From an uncultured Candidatus Odyssella sp. (GTDB lineage Bacteria > Pseudomonadota > Alphaproteobacteria > Bin65), in contig CAZUYG010000001.1 in assembly GCA_964624265.1 (NCBI GenBank), positions 1-28,017 of the forward strand: DNA of 28,017 bases, in the 5' to 3' direction. The position numbers were made by a program, and so were the translations under genes. How positions within the stretch are numbered: the first letter of the stretch is position 1; every line of letters starts with the position of its first letter. This document shows, piece after piece, positions 1 through 6,919 of this stretch. Under the pieces are notes generated by a model. The model saw only the letters and a list, made by a program, of their open reading frames with translations, searched no databases and was not told the origin of the DNA.

Positions 1-2
1 GC

Positions 3-1367
3 ATCGTGTTCGCGTCGATCTGCGACAAGCTGTTCGACATCGACGAGAACGTGAAGATCGTACCGCAGCTCGCCACGGGCTACGAGGTTTCGGCCGACGG
101 CAAGGCGGTGACGATCAAGCTGCGCTCGGGCGTGCTGTTCCACGACGGCGAGAAATTCGACGCCGAGGCGGCGAAGTTCTCGATCGAGCGGCACCTCACG
201 ATGCAGGGCTCGTTCCGCCGCGGCGAGATCTCGCCGATCGACAAGGTTGAGGCCGTCGATCCGCTCACGATCAGGCTCGTGCTGAAAGCGCCGTTCGCGC
301 CGCTGATCGCGGCGCTCACCGACCGCGCCGGGATGATGGTGTCGCCGAAGGCGGCGAAAGAGCTCGGCGCCCAGTTCGGCACCAAGCCGGTCTGCGCCGG
401 CCCCTACAAGTTCGTCGAGCGGGTCGCGCAGCGGCACATCATCGTCGAGAAATTCAAGGACTACTGGAACAAGGACAACGTCCACATCGACAAGATCGTC
501 TATCAGCCGATCGAGGATTCGACCGTGCGCCTCGCCAACCTGCGCTCGGGCAGCCTCGACATCATCGAGCGCATGCTGGCGACCGACGCCGCGACGGTGA
601 AGAAGGATTCGAAGCTCGTTCTCGCCGCCGTCACCGAGCTCGGCTATCAGGGCATCACGATGAACGTCGGCAACGGCCCGCGGTCGAAGACGCCGTTCGG
701 CCAGGACCCGCGCGTGCGCCGGGCCTTCGAGCTGGCGATCGACCGCCAGGCGATCGTGCAGGTCGTGTTCAACGGCGAGTTCACGCCGGGCAACCAGTGG
801 GTCTCGCCGCAGCACCCGATGTATCAGCAGTCGCTGCCGGTCCCGAAGCGCGACGTGGCGGCGGCGAAGAAGCTGCTCGCCGAGGCCGGCGTCAAGACGC
901 CCTACGCGATCGAGCTGATGGTGCCGAACAATCCCGAGACGCGGCAGGTTTCCGAAGTCATCCAGTCGATGGTGAAGGAGGCGGGCTTCGACGTGAAGAT
1001 CCGCGTGACCGAATTCGCGACGTCGCTGAAGACGGCCGAAGCGGGCGACTACGACATCTACATGCTGGCCTGGAGCGGCCGCACCGATCCCGACGGAAAC
1101 CTCTACAGCTTCGCCTCGTGCAAGGGTCCGCTCAACTACGGCAAGTTCTGCGATGCGAACATCGACAAGCTGCTCGACCAGTCGCGCATGGTGAACGATC
1201 CCGCCGCGCGCAAGAAAGTGTTCGAGCAGATCGCGATGAAGACGATCAAGGAAGGCAGCGTGCTCTATCTCTATCACCGCAAGATGTTCTTCCCGCACAC
1301 GACGAAGCTGCAGGGCTTCAAGCCGATGCCGGACGGGCTGATCCGCGTGGTCGGGCTGAAGCTTTAG
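3..1367 (+). CDS. ABC transporter substrate-binding protein, family 5 (peptide/nickel/glutathione type), 5'-truncated by window edge
   Basis: Open from window start; SBP_bac_5 motifs (TIKLRSGVLFHDGEKFDAEAAKFSIER, PVCAGPYKF, W..D.DG); followed by two permeases. Confidence 0.95.
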   Translation: MVFASICDKLFDIDENVKIVPQLATGYEVSADGKAVTIKLRSGVLFHDGEKFDAEAAKFSIERHLTMQGSFRRGEISPIDKVEAVDPLTIRLVLKAPFAPLIAALTDRAGMMVSPKAAKELGAQFGTKPVCAGPYKFVERVAQRHIIVEKFKDYWNKDNVHIDKIVYQPIEDSTVRLANLRSGSLDIIERMLATDAATVKKDSKLVLAAVTELGYQGITMNVGNGPRSKTPFGQDPRVRRAFELAIDRQAIVQVVFNGEFTPGNQWVSPQHPMYQQSLPVPKRDVAAAKKLLAEAGVKTPYAIELMVPNNPETRQVSEVIQSMVKEAGFDVKIRVTEFATSLKTAEAGDYDIYMLAWSGRTDPDGNLYSFASCKGPLNYGKFCDANIDKLLDQSRMVNDPAARKKVFEQIAMKTIKEGSVLYLYHRKMFFPHTTKLQGFKPMPDGLIRVVGLKL

Positions 1368-1376
1368 CGGCGGCAA

Positions 1377-1404
1377 CGGCGCCGGCGCCGAGCCGCCGGC
1401 GCCG
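1377..1404 (+). other. GC-rich 11-bp stem hairpin between SBP and first permease (probable mRNA-stabilising/partial-termination structure)
   Basis: cggcgccggcg-ccgagc-cgccggcgccg, perfect inverted repeat; no U-tract. Confidence 0.6.
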
Positions 1405-1419
1405 CGCCTGGCCCGGCCG

Positions 1420-2361
1420 ATGTTCACCTTTCTCGCCCATCGGCTGCTGCAGCTGATCCCGACGCTGTTCTTCGTCTCGATCATCATTTTCGGGCTGCAG
1501 CAGCTCCTGCCCGGCGATCCCGCCACCACGATGGCCGGCGAGGAGCGCGACGAGGCGGCGATCGCGGCGATCAAGGCGAAATACCACCTCGATGAGCCGA
1601 TTCCGGTCCAGTACGTCTACTGGATCGGCGGCGTGTTCCGGGGCGATCTCGGGGAATCGCTGCGCATCCAGCAGCCGGTGTCGGAGCTGGTGCTGCAGAA
1701 GCTCCCCGTCACCGCGCAGCTCGCCGGCATGGCGATTCTGATCGCGCTCACGATCGGCATTTCGATGGGCGTCGTCTCCGCCGTGAAGAAAGACACGGTG
1801 TGGGATTACGCGGCCAACGTCATCGCCCTCTGGGGCATCTCGACGCCGAATTTCTGGCTCGGGATCATGCTGATCTTCCTGTTCTCGATGACGCTCGGCT
1901 GGCTTCCGCCGGGCGGTTATGTGGGGCCGGGCGAGGATTTCTGGGGCAGCATGGCGCGCATGATCATGCCGGCCTTCGTGCTCGGCAACGCGATCGCGGC
2001 GATCATCATGCGCCATACGCGCAGCGCGATGCTGCAGGTGCTGGCGCAGGATTACGTGCGCACGGCGCGCGCCAAGGGCCTCTACGAGCGCCGCGTGATC
2101 ATGAAGCACGCGTTCCGCAACGCGCTCACGCCGGTCATCACGCTCGGCGCGCTCGAACTCGGCACGCTGCTGTCGGGCGCGGTGCTCACGGAGCAGATCT
2201 TCACCGTGCCGGGCTTCGGCAAGCTTGTCGTCGATGCCGTGTTCAACCGCGACTATTTCGTGATCCAGGGCGTCGTGCTGGTCACGGCCACGGTCTACAT
2301 CACGCTCAATTTGCTGGCCGACATCGCCTACGTGCTCGTCAACCCGCGCCTCCGGAGCTAG
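1420..2361 (+). CDS. Peptide ABC transporter permease, DppB/OppB family
   Basis: N-terminal LLPGDPA; EAA motif DYVRTARAKGL; FTVPGFGKL..DAVFNRDY..IQG. Confidence 0.95.
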   Translation: MFTFLAHRLLQLIPTLFFVSIIIFGLQQLLPGDPATTMAGEERDEAAIAAIKAKYHLDEPIPVQYVYWIGGVFRGDLGESLRIQQPVSELVLQKLPVTAQLAGMAILIALTIGISMGVVSAVKKDTVWDYAANVIALWGISTPNFWLGIMLIFLFSMTLGWLPPGGYVGPGEDFWGSMARMIMPAFVLGNAIAAIIMRHTRSAMLQVLAQDYVRTARAKGLYERRVIMKHAFRNALTPVITLGALELGTLLSGAVLTEQIFTVPGFGKLVVDAVFNRDYFVIQGVVLVTATVYITLNLLADIAYVLVNPRLRS

Positions 2362-2389
2362 CGCTGTGCTTGTGCCACCGAAGCGAAGT

Positions 2390-2480
2390 GAACAGGGAGG
2401 CGGGGAGGCGGGGAGGAACAATAATTGCGCGCCAAAGGCGCGCAAGAAATCCTTCTCCCCGTCTCCCCGCCTCCCTGTTC
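2390..2480. repeat. Nested intergenic palindrome (REP/REPIN-like): 26-bp outer arms built from 8-bp GGGAGGCG units around an inner 9-bp hairpin
   Basis: gaacagggaggcggggaggcggggag (2390-2415) vs ctccccgtctccccgcctccctgttc (2455-2480): 25/26 complementary, the mismatch is G-U; inner ttgcgcgcc-aaa-ggcgcgcaa (2425-2445). Confidence 0.85.
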
Positions 2481-2499
2481 CCTTTTCTTGGCCACACGC

Positions 2500-3393
2500 A
2501 TGAGCAACGGCGCGGCGGCGATCGCGATGGAGACGGGAGCGGCACCGGAGCCGATGAGCCCGGGGCGGCGCGCGCTGCGGCGGCTGCTGAAGCGCAAGGG
2601 CGCGGTGCTCGGGCTCGCCGTCGTCTTGCTGATGATCCTGCTCGCTCTCTTTGCGCCGCTCGTGGCGCCCTACGATCCGCTGGCGACCGATTGGGGCGCG
2701 GTGCGCAAGGCGCCGTCGGCCGCGCACTGGTTCGGCACGGACGAGAACGGGCGCGACGTGCTCTCCCGCGTCATCTGGGGCGCCCGCGCGTCGCTGCTGG
2801 CGGGCGTCATCTCGGTGTCGATCGCGATGGCCATCGGCGTGCCGGTCGGGTTGCTGGCCGGCTATGTCGGCGGCTGGCTCGATTCGGTGATCAGCCGCTT
2901 CACCGACGCGATGCTGGCGATCCCGTTCCTGATCCTCGCGATCGCGCTCGCGGCGTTTCTCGGGCCCTCGCTCGGCAACGTCATGGTGGCGATCGGCATC
3001 ACGGCCACGCCGATCTTCATCCGCCTCACGCGCGGCCAGGTTCTGACGACGAAGGTCGAGGACTACGTCGAGGCGGCGCGGGCGCTCGGCAATCCGCCGC
3101 TGCGCGTGGCGCTGCGCCACGTCTTTCCCAACATCGTGCCGCCGCTGCTCGTGCAGGCGACGCTGGCCATCGCCGCCGCGATCATCGCTGAAGCCAGCCT
3201 CGCCTTCCTCGGGCTCGGCCAGCAGCCGCCGGCGCCGTCGTGGGGCTCGATGCTCAACATCGCGCAGCGCTTCTTCGAGAACGCGCCGTGGATGGCGCTC
3301 TGGCCCGGCGCCGCGATCTTCGTGACCGTCCTCGCCTTCAACCTGTTCGGCGACGGGCTGCGCGACGCGCTCGACCCCAAGCAGGCGCGTTAA
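2500..3393 (+). CDS. Peptide ABC transporter permease, DppC/OppC family
   Basis: HWFGTDENGRDVLSRVIWGARASL; EDYVEAARALG EAA motif; SWGSML; start moved to ATG 2500 because the track's TTG at 2425 lies inside the palindrome. Confidence 0.93.
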   Translation: MSNGAAAIAMETGAAPEPMSPGRRALRRLLKRKGAVLGLAVVLLMILLALFAPLVAPYDPLATDWGAVRKAPSAAHWFGTDENGRDVLSRVIWGARASLLAGVISVSIAMAIGVPVGLLAGYVGGWLDSVISRFTDAMLAIPFLILAIALAAFLGPSLGNVMVAIGITATPIFIRLTRGQVLTTKVEDYVEAARALGNPPLRVALRHVFPNIVPPLLVQATLAIAAAIIAEASLAFLGLGQQPPAPSWGSMLNIAQRFFENAPWMALWPGAAIFVTVLAFNLFGDGLRDALDPKQAR

Positions 3394-3412
3394 CCAAGGC
3401 CGCTGCGCGGCG

Positions 3413-3428
3413 TGTGATCCCGTTCACA
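3413..3428. promoter_or_regulatory. CRP-family binding site (TGTGA-N6-TCACA)
   Basis: tgtga-tcccgt-tcaca, perfect match to the CRP core, intergenic, 150 nt upstream of the ATG at 3578. Confidence 0.6.
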
Positions 3429-3577
3429 GCCCGCGCCCGCGCCCGGGCGCAAGCTGCCGGCCACGATCCCGCCACGACGTTCCCGCGCTTTGCGCCAATT
3501 CCGCCGCAGAAACACCGCCGGCCCCCGGCAGGAATCGGGCCGCTTCCGGCAACCGCCACCCATCCGAGGATTCGCCC

Positions 3578-4042
3578 ATGGTCCGCTTCACCCGAGCCGC
3601 CGCCTGCATTCTCGCCTTGAGCGCCGCCGCTTCGCCCGCGCTCGCCTGCATGCCGCCGCCCTACGTGCAGGATTTCCAGAAGCATCCGGCCGCGCTGCAC
3701 ACTGGGCCCAAGGCCCAGGTCGATTTCGCGAGCCACCCTGCCGCGGCCGCGCTCTCCGAAGCCGACCGGGAGCGCGTGCGCAAGGCGGTCGAAGCCGGGC
3801 CGAATTTCGCGGGTGCGTACCGCGTCGTTTACGCGCCCTGCGGCGAGAAATGCAGCACGCTGCTGATGGTCAGCCTCGCGAGCGGCAGGATCGCGGGCCT
3901 GCCGGCCGGGAACAACGCCTATGCCAATTTCCGCCCCAACAGCCGCTTCCTCGTGATCCGCACCCCCGGCGCCGCGCCGCGCTTCTACGTGTTCGACGGC
4001 CGCGAGTTCCAGCCGGCGCAGGCAAGCGCGGAGGATTCCTGA
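3578..4042 (+). CDS. Secreted hypothetical protein with GPNFAG and CxxxC motifs
   Basis: gagga RBS; Sec signal MVRFTRAAACILALSAAASPALA; GPNFAGAYRVVYAPCGEKC; GC-rich third codon positions. Confidence 0.8.
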   Translation: MVRFTRAAACILALSAAASPALACMPPPYVQDFQKHPAALHTGPKAQVDFASHPAAAALSEADRERVRKAVEAGPNFAGAYRVVYAPCGEKCSTLLMVSLASGRIAGLPAGNNAYANFRPNSRFLVIRTPGAAPRFYVFDGREFQPAQASAEDS

Positions 4043-4078
4043 CCGGCGCGCGAAGACGGCGCCGGATACGAACGCCCG

Positions 4079-4324
4079 TCAGTGCCGCGGCTTCGAATCC
4101 GAGACCGGCTTCATCGTCAGCACCTGCCGGATCAGCGTCGCCGTCTGCTTGCCGAACGTGTTGCCGAGCCGGTCCGCGTCCTTGGCCGCGATTTCGAGCA
4201 GCGCGCGAATGTCGCGGCGCGATTTCGCGTCGCGCCCCGCGATCATGCGCACCAGATGCACGACCATGAGATAGGCGGCGGCGCCATAGGTCTCCGGTTC
4301 CGCTTCGATCTTGTGAATGGCCAC
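4079..4324 (-). CDS. Small hypothetical protein (81 aa), putatively FNR/FixK-controlled
   Basis: Normal composition, helical-looking sequence, GC3-biased codons; upstream FNR box and -10 element. Confidence 0.75.
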   Translation of the reverse strand: MAIHKIEAEPETYGAAAYLMVVHLVRMIAGRDAKSRRDIRALLEIAAKDADRLGNTFGKQTATLIRQVLTMKPVSDSKPRH

Positions 4325-4357
4325 GGCTGTCCCGATCGTCCGAGCGACTGCGCCGTC

Positions 4358-4400
4358 AGACTATCAACGACGGGGCGGAATCGGCATTGACGAATGTCAA
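4358..4400 (-). promoter_or_regulatory. FNR/FixK class II promoter: TTGAC-N4-GTCAA box (4387-4400) and -10 TAGTCT (4363-4358)
   Basis: ttgac-gaat-gtcaa perfect palindromic core; a -41.5 centre predicts TSS ~4352, which matches the TAnnnT position. Confidence 0.7.
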
Positions 4401-4444
4401 CCGCCGCCGCGATGAAGCCGGTGCTGCGGCGCGCCAGGCTCGGA

Positions 4445-5407
4445 TCACGTCGCCGGCCACAGCCGCGCCGCGCCGCGGACGCCGCTCGAATCGCCGTGCG
4501 CCGCGGCCTCGAGCCGGGTCGTCACGCGGTCCGTGAAAACATGCGCCGTCCACAGCGCCGGCACGGTGGCGCGCAGCGCGCCGATGTTGGAAACGCCGCC
4601 GCCCAGCACGATCACTTCGGGATCGAGCAGGTTGATCACCATCGCCAGGCCGCGCGCCAGCCGGTCCGCGTAGCGTGCGAGCGAAGCGGCGGCGATGCCG
4701 TCGCCCTGCGCGGCGCGCGCGGCGATCCGGTGCGCCGGCAGCGGCGCGCCCGAAGCGGCCGCATGCTCGCGCTCGAAGGCCGGGCCGGAGAGGTAGGTCT
4801 CGATGCAGTCGAGCCGCCCGCACCAGCAGCGCCGCGGCGGGCCATCGGCTTCGGTCCGTCCGGGGAGGGGAATGTGTCCCCATTCGCCGGCGATGGCGCT
4901 GGCGCCGTTCACGAGGCGCCCGTCGATGACGATACCGCCGCCGACACCGGTGCCGAGGATCACGCCGAATACGGAGTCCGCGCCGGCGGCGGCGCCGTCC
5001 GTGGCCTCCGAGAGCGCGAAGCAGTTGGCGTCGTTGGCGAGCCGTACCGGCCGCCCGAGCCGCCGTTCCAGATCGGCGCCGAGCGGCCTGCCGTTGAGCC
5101 AGGTGGAATTGCCGTTGCGGACCATGCCCGTCGCGGGCGAGAGCGAGCCGGGAATTCCGACACCGACCGTGCCCGCGGCGCCGAGCTCGGCCTCCGCCGC
5201 ATCGACCAGCGCGCCGATGGCCGCGATGGTGCCGGCGTAGTCCTCGCGCGGCGTGGGCACGCGCCGGCGCAGCAGCTCGCGCTCCGCGCCGGATGCGCCG
5301 GCTTCGAGCGCCGCGATTTCGATTTTCGTGCCGCCGAGGTCGATGCCGTAACGGATGGTCCGTCGCGCGCCGGCGGCTCGGCGGGGCACTGCTTCGGTCC
5401 CCTGCAT
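4445..5407 (-). CDS. mak: ROK family sugar kinase (Mak/fructokinase-like)
   Basis: GIDLGGTK, GVGIPG, NDANCFALSEA.DGAA, ILGTGVGGG, AGEWGH, CWCGR.DCIE. Confidence 0.85.
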   Translation of the reverse strand: MQGTEAVPRRAAGARRTIRYGIDLGGTKIEIAALEAGASGAERELLRRRVPTPREDYAGTIAAIGALVDAAEAELGAAGTVGVGIPGSLSPATGMVRNGNSTWLNGRPLGADLERRLGRPVRLANDANCFALSEATDGAAAGADSVFGVILGTGVGGGIVIDGRLVNGASAIAGEWGHIPLPGRTEADGPPRRCWCGRLDCIETYLSGPAFEREHAAASGAPLPAHRIAARAAQGDGIAAASLARYADRLARGLAMVINLLDPEVIVLGGGVSNIGALRATVPALWTAHVFTDRVTTRLEAAAHGDSSGVRGAARLWPAT

Positions 5408-5512
5408 CCGCCGATCCTAAACGGGCCGCGCCGGATGTTCACGGGTGGCGGGCAACGAAAATCGCCGGGGCGAACCGCCCCGCCGCTTCCCGTTCGAGCC
5501 GTTCTCCGGCGA

Positions 5513-5995
5513 TTAGGGCCGGCGGAGACGGAGCGCGCCGATACCGGCGGCGATGTTGAGGCCGGTGTTGCCTTCCACGCTCACCGGCTGCAGCGAAATC
5601 GAGCGGTTGCTGCCGCCGACCAGCACGTTGGCGGCGCCGCCGATCCCCGGCGTCACCGCGGCGCTGACGCCGCCGTAATCGCCCGCGAGCGCGCCCGGCG
5701 CGACATCGCGCGTGCCAGACACCACCGCCCAGATCACCGTGGCCGAATTGGTGAAGCCGAGATCGACGCCGAAGCGCTGGATTTCGCCGACATAGCGCTC
5801 GGTCTGCCCGTCGGTGCGGGTGTAGAAGCAGTTGATCTCGCGCGTCGAGCCGAAAATGAACGCCGTGCCGGGCGCCACGCTGCAGCTCAGCGTCCCGGCT
5901 TGTACGCGCGGCGAGTCGCCCGGTCCGCTGGTCGACGTACAGGCGGCGAGCAGGCTGGCAGCGGCGGCTGCCACGGCAATTCGAATCGTCTTCAT
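5513..5995 (-). CDS. DUF992 family lipoprotein
   Basis: Lipobox LLAAC; GTLSC...FIFGSTREINC.Y, YVGEIQRFGVDLG, LAGDYGGVSA, LVGGSNRSISLQPVSVEG.TGLN.AAG; gaggga RBS before ATG 5995. Confidence 0.85.
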   Translation of the reverse strand: MKTIRIAVAAAAASLLAACTSTSGPGDSPRVQAGTLSCSVAPGTAFIFGSTREINCFYTRTDGQTERYVGEIQRFGVDLGFTNSATVIWAVVSGTRDVAPGALAGDYGGVSAAVTPGIGGAANVLVGGSNRSISLQPVSVEGNTGLNIAAGIGALRLRRP

Positions 5996-6131
5996 TGCAT
6001 GGTCCCTCGTTTGGGTTCGTTGCAAGCGGCCACAGACTAACCGAATTGCGCGCGATAGTCAGCGTCAGGATCGGGCATTTTTTGTCTCGTCCACTGGGGA
6101 TTGTGGCAGCCATCGCCGGCAGGCCTGTCCG

Positions 6132-6172
6132 TTGATCTGCGTCAACGCGCTCTCTCCGGCCTTGCCTAGGGT
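6132..6172 (+). promoter_or_regulatory. FNR/FixK class II promoter: TTGAT-N4-GTCAA box (6132-6145) and -10 TAGGGT (6167-6172)
   Basis: ttgat-ctgc-gtcaa; spacing fits a -41.5 centre; precedes a CBS-BON gene, a type commonly FixK-regulated. Confidence 0.75.
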
Positions 6173-6202
6173 TATTTCCTGGTCCGGCCGAAGGAGGATG
6201 CG

Positions 6203-6895
6203 ATGCTCGCGAAAGACATCATGACCAAGGACGTCCACATGATCGCGCCCGATGCGGACGTGCGCGCGGCGGCGCGCATCATGGGCGAAGCGGGCGTGAG
6301 CGCATTGCCCGTCGTCGGCAAGGACCAGGCGCTTCTCGGCATCGTGAGCGAGGGCGATCTCGTGCGCCGCGCGGAGCTGCACACGGCGCGGCGCCGTTCG
6401 TGGTGGCTCCAGCTGTTCACGACGCCCGAGACGATGGCCAAGGACTACATCAAGGAGCACGCCACGAAGGTGCGCGACGTGATGACGAGCCCGGTGATCT
6501 CGATCTCCGAGCGCATGCCGCTGGCCGAGGTCGCGGCCCTGCTCGCGCGCCATCATATCAAGCGGGCGCCGGTGCTGAGCGGCGGCGCCGTCGTCGGCAT
6601 CGTCAGCCGCGCCGATCTCGTGAAGGCCCTGGCCAGGCAGACGGCCGAGCCCGCGGCCGACACGAGCGACAGCGCGATCCGCAACACGTTCCTGCAGCGC
6701 TATGCCGCGCAGCCCTGGGCGCCGGCGGGCGGCGGCGTCGGCTTCTCGGTCAGCGCGGGCGTGGTCGTTCTTTCCGGAATCGTGAACACCAAGGAGCAGC
6801 GCGACGCGCTCGGGGTGATGGCGCAGACGATTCCCGGCGTCGTCAAGGTGGAAAACGAAATCCGGGTGCTGCCCTATCTTCCCGTCGGCGCGTAG
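6203..6895 (+). CDS. CBS domain pair plus BON domain protein
   Basis: aaggagg RBS; AKDIMTKDV, LPVV..LGIVSEGDL, VRDVMTSPV, IKRAPV..VGIVSRADL; C-terminal BON (V.LSG.V...EQRDAL...A..IPGV..VENEI). Confidence 0.93.
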   Translation: MLAKDIMTKDVHMIAPDADVRAAARIMGEAGVSALPVVGKDQALLGIVSEGDLVRRAELHTARRRSWWLQLFTTPETMAKDYIKEHATKVRDVMTSPVISISERMPLAEVAALLARHHIKRAPVLSGGAVVGIVSRADLVKALARQTAEPAADTSDSAIRNTFLQRYAAQPWAPAGGGVGFSVSAGVVVLSGIVNTKEQRDALGVMAQTIPGVVKVENEIRVLPYLPVGA

Positions 6896-6896
6896 C

Positions 6897-6916
6897 GCGG
6901 CGGCGATCGCCGCCGC
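6897..6916. terminator. Perfect 20-bp GC palindrome between convergent genes (putative bidirectional terminator)
   Basis: gcggcggcga|tcgccgccgc between the stops at 6895 (+) and 6920 (-); no U-tract. Confidence 0.45.
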
Positions 6917-6919
6917 CCA

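Noticed and set aside
2425-2499. N-terminal extension of the DppC-like ORF from TTG 2425
   Set aside because: Lies within the palindromic element, has no RBS, and has non-permease composition.
1318-3120. 600-aa minus-strand ORF
   Set aside because: Antisense shadow of the permease genes; Arg/His-rich composition typical of high-GC off-frames.
4091-4100. ttcgaatcc resembling a tRNA T-loop or attachment-site remnant
   Set aside because: Opposite strand to the tRNA, flanks do not match its 3' end, and it lies inside a coding region.
4394-6040. 548-aa plus-strand ORF
   Set aside because: Antisense to the ROK and DUF992 genes; no motifs.
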